From positions 1 to 40,930 of the forward strand of contig ADNK01002954.1 of NCBI GenBank assembly GCA_000320545.1: a stretch of DNA of 40,930 nt. Direction: 5' to 3'. Every line of letters begins with the position of its first letter. Position 1 is the first letter of the stretch. Positions 31,808 to 40,930 of the stretch are shown piece by piece. The stretch comes from Bigelowiella natans CCMP2755. Taxonomy: Eukaryota > Protista > Cercozoa. Under the pieces are notes generated by a model. The model did not search any database. It was not told the DNA's origin and saw nothing but the letters and a program-made list of their open reading frames with translations. Both the position numbers and the translations under genes were made by a program.

Positions 31808-34369
31808 ATGCGGCGCACTTTCCTCAGCGATGAAGTGAACGGGGATAGAGATTTTGAGGAAAGAGTTCGACAAGGCGACTACGGTGATTCTAATTCTCCT
31901 CGACTTCAAAATTTCGGAATTGACGATTACGACGATGACGGCAACACTGGGGAATCCGGCAATGGAGGGAAGAATAGATCCTCCCTTTTTCGATTGATCA
32001 TCTCATCGTCCATTTTGATTGCGTTATTGGTAAGATCGAATACACTAAAGACAGTTTGCTTCAAACGACATTGTCCTATACGAGATATGTAACACAGCCT
32101 CCTATGATGCGGAGCAGGTGTCATGCAACATGCAGTTCGGAGAAGGCAAAAATTCCTTCAGACGCTACGTTCCCATAGAGGAAAAAATAATCTCTGGCAA
32201 TGTGTGTATTCGAGGGGTACTTGCACTTTGTTTCAGAACGGAGAAACCTGGCTTATTATCGATGTGGTTGATATTCTCAGCACATCTGCAGGGTGAAGGT
32301 GAAGTTGCATGCTTTGAATGCATCACGTGATCCAGTTCTCTTTGCCAAAATTAAAGGTCGTGACTTTTTATGATTTTTTACGAATTGTTATATCGGATTT
32401 CTTTTGAATATCGGGTATGTGTGAAGGGCCTTCAACATTATTGGCGGCGACGGAGATCAAACTATGCCCTGAAGAAGAGGTGGAAGAACAGGAAGAAGCC
32501 AGGACAGGAATAGAACAATTTAACCCAAAACAATACTGTGTTATTTTCCAGGTATTGAGACCCACAAGTCATTCACTGTGAGGATGTAAAGTTTTTTCTG
32601 AACAATATGAAAAAACAGCTGTACCATGCCAGGTCTCTGAATGATTCACATCACAATAGGCGATGGAACTGGGAGTGCACTTTGTCGAAGTGCGGCTGGA
32701 GTACAATTCTAAATCAGAAGCTCTTCGTAACTATAAAGCTGATAATCACGCCAACCTGTGCTTTCTCGGCAAATCCATCCTGAAGAAAAACGTCACAGTG
32801 GTTGCGAAATCAGGACAGCAGTCCGAAGAATGTGCTGCTGCTTCTCTATCACCCGTCGGATATTGGATGATGAGCAATAGCCACGCAGATGAGCGCTCAA
32901 CTACAACCGTTCGTACAGGAGTTAAAAGAGGTGGAGAAAGTGGGACAAACTCTATTATCTTTGATTTCGAGTGTGGGTCTTTCTTTTCCCCGCTTGCCGT
33001 GGTGGAATCTCTGCGTGAATACTACTACTACCACTACCTCAAATCGGAACCAACAAATGAAGAAGAGATAAGTCGCAACGAAGAAGCGGTGCTTGCTACT
33101 GTCTTACCCTCTTTGAAGCAGGCTCATGTGGCACTCTTAAAAGGTGTGCCTCTGTGGGATCTGAGGACACAGTCGGAGGCAATTCTGAACCTCACCAAAT
33201 CGCGTTTGTCGTCATCGCAATCTCCCTTCTCTTCGTTGTCAGTTTCTACTCTCCAGACGCTTACAGAGTCTTGGTTGATGGGAAAGAGGCATCAGCAGCA
33301 GCCGCAGCAAGATGATAACGTGCATCGGTCGACGTCTAGATGGATGTGGGTGCCTCCCGACCAGAGCAGTAGCATCGCTGACAGCCTGCCGCGAAGCAAC
33401 AAGAAGATCAATCACAACAACAACAAGAAGAACAACGACGACAGGGACGACGATAAAGGTATTCACCACCCTTCATGTAGTTTACAGCAGTTGGAGACGA
33501 TCATCAGAGGTGGCAATTTGAATGTTGAAGAATGCCTCGCCGACTTGTCGCCCATCACTTTTGCTGTGGATTCCGTTGGTCGCTATATATACCATTACCT
33601 CGTGTGTGCCATGCGGTACCGCTTTGTAGATGGAGGTACAGGGAGAGCACGATCAGAAGATGGGCATGTCGAGTTGAACTTCTCGCCGGCACACGGAATT
33701 TCTCTTCCGAATAATCCTCCTCAAGTCACCGATATTGTTGAAAATTACATATCATCAAACCACCCACATGCGAAGCGAGTAGAAGGCCACAATGGAGATA
33801 TCAGCGCCACAACGAAGACATTGATTGTGAACCCAGGCCTTTGGGATGTCGCGTACGGTGATTTGGATGTGTATCGTCGCGAATTCGGACGTTTGCTGGA
33901 GCTAGTGCGACATGGTATTGAGCGAAAATCTTCCCCTTTAGAGATGGCTGTGTTCTTGTCCACGACAGAGGTGCACCCCGTGCTGTATTCCGCGCTTTCC
34001 AAAGATCCTCGAAAGCAATATATGACAAAGCCTCGGGTATAACTTGTATGTAACATGTAACGAGAGTTAAAGATAACAACATGTGTGCTGCTGGTTGCAA
34101 ACCGTTATCATCTTCATCATCACCCACGATCTCATCATTTCACTACCTTGTAGGTTGAATTGGTAAATAGCATTCAGCGAGCAGCAATATACTTTCCATC
34201 CTCTTCTTCATCGTCATCATCGTCTGGTGGCATCAAGCTCGTAGACCTGTGGAATATGACGAGAGTACGCGAGGATGATCCATTGGAGAGGAGGGACATG
34301 CGGCATTATGGGGCTTCCACGGTTCGGGAGATGGCTATCCAGCTGTTACATTCCATTTGCAATCGATGA
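31808..34369 (+). CDS. Type II membrane SGNH-fold protein (NXPE/PC-esterase-like; putative O-acetyltransferase or esterase)
   Basis: N-terminal anchor LIISSSILIALL; Ig-like segment LFAKIKGP...YCVIFQ...GVHFVEVRLEY; ITFAVDSVGR (GDS block variant); LIVNPGLWD; last exon (from about 34154) with LVDLWNMT...DMRHY...LLHSIC. Confidence 0.72.
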
Positions 34370-34469
34370 CAGCGGCTGGACATCAATCTAGATGCAAGAC
34401 CAATATGCGCAATGCAAGTCACAGCAAGTGTTGTTGTTTGAATGAGGTTTGCACAGCTGGCGACTGCCG

Positions 34470-34810
34470 ACACATGTCAGACACTACTAGACTAGGACAT
34501 GCTAGCATGCGCATGCCTAGATGCTCATGCGCACGCCACACTAGCACAGGCTGACCTCGGCATGATGTCTGTTGCGTGCCCTTGCTTGCTTGTTATTAGC
34601 TTGCATGCTAGCATGCTAGCTTGTCGCAAGCATGCGGAGACATTATAACATTCTACTCTTTTATGACTGACATTCACCATGCCACTAGCGGTGTCATATT
34701 ATTATTGCGCTGCAAAATCATCGTCAGGGAGCAAATAACCCAACTACGATACACTGCTGTACGTTAATACATTCACGGCATTGCATGCTAGCATGGCAGT
34801 ACAGCCTGTC
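34470..34810. other. Dense GCATGCTAGCATG tract between convergent genes
   Basis: catgctagcatgcgcatgcctagatgc, gcatgctagcatgctagc, gcatgctagcatgg. Confidence 0.65.
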
Positions 34811-35035
34811 ACAAGATTAAGACCCGATAAATGTTGTCGTAAATAACGCTTTTAATTGGTAGCAGCTACTTGTTATTTCTCGCAAACTTACTTACATGCA
34901 GCACCGCGAAGTGAATTTTTTGGAACACAAATGTATCACTTTGCAAGTGAGATGCACCATTTAAAAAAGTGTGGTGTAAGCACAAAGCTCATCCATTAGG
35001 ATAGACTTTGAGTCGAGGAAGATCTCACTTCTATC

Positions 35036-36368
35036 CTATGCTTTAGCCAAAAATTCCTGAAGCTTTCCATTGCCTGCGGCCTAGATTATGACGAATGAGA
35101 ATAAGTAAATTGTCATCTCTTTTTATGGAATATAGGAGCAAGTAGTATTAAAATTATTATTTTTAGTATTGCCTTGAGTGTATCATCACAACCCCCGATG
35201 AATTCGCCGTTCACGAACACCTATCGATGATATATTAGATGCATTGTCTAAATTCGTCCTTCTGTTTTATCATGTGATACGTACGCACGAAATGCAAGAC
35301 AATACCTGAGGCACGGTGCGTTGATTCGTCATTCCCTTCAATGTGCTTTCCATCTGATAAGGATAGTAGGATCTCATGATAACGATGACGGTTATGTTGG
35401 TGGTGGTAGCAATGTGATCAAACAAACCATTTTTTGGGTTTAATTTGATCCTATCATTCCAAAGAATCGTTTGCAAGAACCTCTTCATTGGGCTGTTCGT
35501 CCAGTTCTATAACAGTAGGTGTGATGCCTAGTTGGTTTTGGAATAGATCTTTGACCTAGACGGATAAAGTACAGTGCATCATCCAGTTATGGATATAGAT
35601 AATAGTGGTAATAATGAATAAATGGATGAATGAATGATGTTTCGGTAGAAGCTATCTCACCTTGACACAAAAGGGGCAATAGCTTTTGCTGTAGATCATC
35701 ACTTGATTATCCTTGACTGATTTCTGTGAAAATAGAAAGCAAAGAATAAATTTTAAAGTGGTCTACATATGCAATGGATCTTAATAATTATCGAATACCA
35801 AAATTTCGTCTTGCATCGCGTGCACGCGCACAAGGCCCTTCCTTCGCATATACGTTTCCATGTGCTGAGAAATCGGCAAAAGTTATGTGATACCTCATAG
35901 AAAAAGCGAGACAAACTTCTTTCTGGTCCTTACCTTGAGCCTTGTCTGATAACCATAGCTTCCGCTGAACAATGGCTTTGTTACCGGAATGGCATCCCGA
36001 GAGAGATCCATAGATTTTGTCTGTGATAACCGATTTGCAGTAATTGAATGGATGGAAAAATGAGATTGAACTCTGGGAGTTAGTGTTGTACCCGTGCAAC
36101 TGGGTTCCCATAAAATGCAGCGGAATGCATCGAAGGATTGCAACCTAGTAAAGATATTCGATTCGATTTATTCCCGGCTATCACAAGGAAAACCGACACA
36201 CCTCGCCACGCACACCCCAAGGTACAAATAAATTCAGAGCGTACAAAACCCGGGCCCAGTCTACGGAAATCGATCAACAGATGTAATGTTTTGTGAAGTC
36301 TCACTTCTCGTTCTGGACACCGCCAGGAGGGGCAGGAGGGTGAGTAAGAGGGCCTTCGCTGCTACCAT
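35036..36368 (-). CDS. Dithiol glutaredoxin (CPFC) with signal peptide + transit-like presequence
   Basis: Short exons give MVAAKALLLTLLPLLAVS ... VMIYSKSYCPFCVK, VKDLFQNQLGITPTVIELDEQPNEE, MESTLKGMTNQRTVPQ, VFVNGEFIGGCDDTLK and AAGNGKLQEFLAKA*. The last intron (35172-35081) is GC-AG. Confidence 0.9.
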
Positions 36369-36433
36369 AATTCTCGGTCGCGGATGTTGGCTTTTCTACC
36401 GTATGGTTATTGCCAATTTATCACTTATTGGCC

Positions 36434-37561
36434 ATGAAAATGATGTCTCCATTAAGGAAACCCCTTCATCGAATTATTCATAGAATCATGGGCATACCAC
36501 CTGTGCGCCATAGGCATTATTTGCGGAGTCAGAACAAGAGCACACAGAATCCGGGCCTTTTGTCTAAAACCTGTTTATCCGACATTACCGCAATTTCATT
36601 TAAAATTATGATGTTCTACTTTTGCGACTTGATTATGGCTTTCCTGCTTCTACGAGTAGGCTTGCAGCACAACGTCATCATCCTGATGTCTTACGTCAAT
36701 ACCGGTAATCATCCTGGGAAAATTTGACTGAAGCAAAGATTCGATGAAGTCGCAAGGCAGAATCCCATCGCATCCTGGAATTTCTTTCCCTTGTGTTTCT
36801 TCAGGAGAGATACTGAACGCCGCGAAATCCTGTTGATTATGACACTATCAGCATGTCGTTACCTAGAATTTCCATCTACTTTCTCAGCTACTTCGCATCC
36901 GGCGAAATTTGATCAAGACGCACCTACTTCCGAAGGTCCATTGGGACGCCTTTTAATTAGAAACTACGACAGATATACTTTGAATAGAATAATCATTTTC
37001 CACATGGAATTTCTGTCTGCCTGGTTCTCAGTGTTAGTTTCTTACGTCTTGATTCGGACCAAGCAAAGCCAAAAGAATGGGGTTTGTAGAGGTTTACGCC
37101 GGATTCGCCTGCGTCGTCGTGATCTGTGTTGCCGCCCTCCTCATCCTCCGCGAGTATCGCGGTGATGTTGATCTTTTGGATACCATTATCTATGTGAAAA
37201 ATAAGACCTTGAGGCTGATTAGGGGCCCTGGAGAATACGGTCTGCATCCTGTCTGCTACTGAACAAAACCTGACCCCCCTATCAATTCTTCGATGCAATT
37301 TTCACTTTATTTTCAGTCACACATAAGTTAGAATTTCCACCATTCGCTTCGCTGGCAAATGTTTGTGAGTATGAACGAGCGAAGACACTTCTATGCAGTG
37401 AATATGTGACTGTGATGTTGACCCGTCTGACTGCGATCCCCCACACATTTTAGTCACGATCGCATTTCTCATTATTTCTAGGTGGACTTGATGATATGGA
37501 TGACCCACTAGTTCCAAGGGAGGTCTTGGTCCAGAAAATGGAAATGACTCCCCTCAAATAA
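36434..37561 (+). pseudogene. J-domain-like (HPD) protein with C-terminal TM; frame disrupted (pseudogene or consensus errors)
   Basis: Fragments RIMGIPP, LFIRHYR, LAAQRHHPDV, KQRFDEVAR, ACRYLE and the TM VYAGFACVVVICVAALLIL occur in J-domain order but in different frames that I could not join cleanly. Confidence 0.4.
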
Positions 37562-38019
37562 AGAACAATTTGGATCGACTTCAGCAATTCACCTTTCCCA
37601 CCCCGTTCCTCCGTCCAACGAGGTCGTCTTCATCAACCCCAGCTTACTCCCAACCACCACACTATTTAACATCGATTATCTTCTACTACATACCACAATT
37701 TCCTGGTGATACCACTTCAAAAGGCCCCACACCTCTACAAAATGTCAAGCAATATAAAACACTAGGGCGAAATACTCGTGTCGTAATATCATTTATACAA
37801 CTTGGAATTTCATTCTAAAGCTGAGGGATAAAGTGAATCAACTTATTGTTTAGACAGATAATATACTTTAAGCACAAAGTGACGCTTAATTTGCGCGTCT
37901 AGGTCAGATTCTTTGCCAACATACCTCAGGTATGATGAAAAACACGTTGTCAGTTAGCATGGTGTTGTTATCATTATGATAATCCCATTTGATTAGATAT
38001 GTCAATCAGCGTACACATT

Positions 38020-38575
38020 TGAAACGCTTGGCATGTTCATATGTATATTTATATCTGCTACGCTATGCTAGCAGGAATCGTAGTTTAGTTCTAGAGCTAC
38101 ACTTGAAACACACACAGCTATGTTGTGTCTCTTGCCTGCAGCAAAGCTAGAAAGCGCGGCTTCGTTCATATCGCATTGTATTATAGCATATAGTGCGCAC
38201 TCATACATGTGTGTATATATATGTGTGGTTACATATTACATATCTAGATATCATTCCGTTATTATTTAGCGTATATGCATGTTGGACTGAACATCGTATC
38301 ATAGCGTGTCGTACATATACTAGCTAGCTAGCACATACGAAGTGTATCGTAAGTATCTCAGCATCGAGTAGACACATATCGATTTTGCACCCTACCAGTA
38401 GGCATGCTAGCTATCTAAACGTAAATGTACACAGCTAGATGCTAACTTTAATTGCATACTTGTAGCTCGCTGCTAGCGTACTAGCGTAGCAACGTAAATC
38501 TTACAATAGACGTATATGTAACCATGTACTCATTCATTTCGTACACATGCATCTTAATACGCCGTATATGTGCTC
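38020..38575. other. GCTAGC/GCATG/RY-rich tract downstream of ACC
   Basis: tagctagctagc, ggcatgctagcta, gctgctagcgtactagcgtagc, acatgcatc. Confidence 0.55.
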
Positions 38576-38837
38576 AAGCTTCATAGCGCAATAAAAACAT
38601 TGAGGCACACGTACATATGTAGATAAGATACTCATGATAAATTCTATTGTCTACCAGCGTGCTAAAAGTAAAAACCAGATCTGCAGATATGCTGGTGCAA
38701 ATATGATGATGATCGCCACCAAGAAATAGTCCCAAACCTTTCTCAAGATGCATGCAAAATGCCTTACAGTGCAGCCTGCTCTCTGCTTCTTTAGTAATAA
38801 GTGTTCTTCGTTGTGCACATACTCCACAGTCGATACA

Positions 38838-38874
<37 letters not shown>

Positions 38875-38911
38875 ACGAATATGTGCTTTGATAAACATAT
38901 TCACCCCGTCG

Positions 38912-39084
38912 TTACATATTGGCATTGACCCACTTTTTAAGGCGGGTTGCAGCGTCTTTATCTAGTTTCAGGCCGCTGAGGAATTTGCCAACTCCCTCGA
39001 CACTATCACCCTGAAAATCACATATGAACATTCACACACACACACACACACACATGTTATATACAAAATAAATATTGTATATAA

Positions 39085-39127
<43 letters not shown>

Positions 39128-39437
39128 TATAGAAGTATATAATAATAAGGTATGTGTGTGTGTGTGTGTGTAGTTGTTTGTTTGTTTCATTCCTCCCAAC
39201 CTTATGCTGCTCGTTGAAGAAGGTCCTCGCTTTAGCCGCAAGATGCTCCGCCCGGAGGTGAGGCACCGCCGCTTTGATAATGGATTCATTGTCTCGCAGG
39301 ATCGCAAACACCTTCTCATCGTCGCTCCACACCTTGGAGAGCTCAGTCGAAGCGAGTAGCTCTTTCACACTGAGGAAGAAGGGCAAGGGGGTGGGGAAGT
39401 TATAATCACAGATAAATATTTATTGAGGACGATGGTA

Positions 39438-39468
<31 letters not shown>

Positions 39469-40042
39469 CAAATCTAACAATATATTGCCAATTATAATAG
39501 ATCTCTAAGAATATATTGCCAATTATTTTAGACCTTCCCGTTCGTTGTTTCGGGATTCCGTAAAAATCACGCCCCCCCCCACCCCCCCCCACATTAATAC
39601 AATCCGTTAGACAACAAAGAGCAAACACCGACCGTTTCTCTGCGTTGAAGAAGTCAAGGGAGGGGAGCGCTTCCTTCACCAATTTGGCGAGCCGAGCCAT
39701 TTGACAACGACGACGAATGTTCCAATAGAAGTATCTGTTCAAACAATACACAATCGTTACTGTTGTTGTAGTGCTGAAGCTAAGATGACCACGAGATCAT
39801 GATAATCTGTTTTTGTAAGTGATAGTGTCATCGTGCAGAGTGTGGATGGTTTGGTTGCTGGTAAAACTACTGCTATGTTCACGCTGGCTAATTTCTGATT
39901 ACTTCCTTGATGACTCCCAAGGGACAATTTCGTTGATAATCCCTGATGATGAGATATGCAGTATTTATGATGATGCTGATGATGATGTTGATTATGACGC
40001 TGATGATGACTCATATGAAACTAAGATGGTGATGATATGACC

Positions 40043-40085
<43 letters not shown>

Positions 40086-40307
40086 CCCACAGACAAGGAA
40101 AAAATTATCGAGATGCGTGACGACCTTTCGCCTTCATCCGCCCTGGTGTGTCGTGAAGGTCAACAAACATCGCCGCCGCTTGGTGAAAGGAAGGAAGAAC
40201 CTTCATCAATTTTACACACAATCAATATCCCACAAACTCTTTCAGTATTTATTACGCAGTAATAATGTTTATATATGTATATTTATATATAATATGCATG
40301 TGTATGT

Positions 40308-40343
<36 letters not shown>

Positions 40344-40539
40344 TAGCAGAATGATCCATGTTTCATCATCGTCAATGATGTGACCTTTTGCTCTCGGTCT
40401 CTTATTTCTTGCAGCAGCTCTTGTTTGCCTGCTACTGGCCTCTCTGCTACTGTTGTTGATCCTGCTGCTCCGTTGGCGGCGGAGATGTGGCGAGGAGGCA
40501 GCTGCTGCTTGGCGTCTACTTCGGATTTGCTGCTGTCTC
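38912..40539 (-). CDS. ACC: Acetyl-CoA carboxylase (eukaryotic multidomain), 3' end of the carboxyltransferase domain; upstream exons outside window
   Basis: Spliced exons give ELLQEIRDREQK, VLPSFHQAAAMFVDLHDTPGRMKAKG, IINEIVPWESSRK and YFYWNIRRR, the conserved ACC C-terminal signature. The final exon ends KKWVNANM* at 38912. Confidence 0.9.
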
Positions 40540-40604
40540 CTACAGAATTAACCACACACACCCATATATATGATTGATAATGATGTGTGTGTCTGTGTGT
40601 GTGT

Positions 40605-40644
<40 letters not shown>

Positions 40645-40785
40645 AGAGGCAGAAGCTGCGTCCTCGCGACATTTCTGCGGGGAACGGAGCAGCGGGGTCC
40701 ATTACAGTCGTAGAGAGGGGGGTGGGGGGGAAACCAGAGAGGCTGTCAGAAATAAGAGAGATAGAGCCTAGGTCAAATCAATATC
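40372..40785. repeat. Imperfect inverted repeat: ACC exon and a degraded inverted copy in the upstream intron
   Basis: 40640-40785 read on + gives RQKLRPRDISAGNGAAGSITVVERGVGGKPERLSEIREIE, against the minus-strand exon KQQLPPRHISAANGAAGSTTVAERPVAGKQELLQEIRDRE; a (TG)n tract lies between the arms. Confidence 0.85.
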
Positions 40786-40930
40786 GCACCACTTGATTCT
40801 TGTACTGGAATGTACACTTCCGCAGTCTAATAGTAAAAACGGAAGTGTGCAAACCTAATAAATATATTGTCCACGAAGACGATCTGATCGACGACTATGT
40901 AGGTACATATAATGTCATCAATCCACATAC

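Overview
Eukaryotic nuclear DNA, gene-dense and intron-rich, with microsatellite-filled introns. Bipartite signal+transit-like N-termini suggest an alga with a secondary plastid, possibly a chlorarachniophyte (inference). Most ORF-track entries are microsatellite artefacts, so I spliced genes by hand from GT/GC-AG junctions. Thirteen gene models: a Pmp-like beta-helix/Cys-rich/multi-TM protein (5' end outside window); a DUF3228 protein; an ankyrin-repeat protein with a targeting-like N-terminus; a 4-TM protein with an in-frame TGA; a 7-exon secreted Cys-rich saposin-like protein barely visible in the ORF track; a DGAT2-family acyltransferase; an intronless FAD D-2-hydroxyacid dehydrogenase ending in AKL; TrmO/TsaA fused to an ArgRS N-terminal-like domain; an intronless five cold-shock-domain protein; an NXPE/SGNH protein; a CPFC glutaredoxin with a GC-AG intron; a damaged J-domain-like gene; and the 3' end of acetyl-CoA carboxylase. 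Genes alternate in orientation almost perfectly. Every 3'-end intergenic region carries a GCATGC/GCTAGC-rich tract, and several promoter-side gaps carry GGAAAT/TCCGAA motifs. The top leads are the ArgRS-N::TrmO fusion, the 3'-end palindrome tracts and the saposin-like protein. All family calls come from motif recognition, not database searches.
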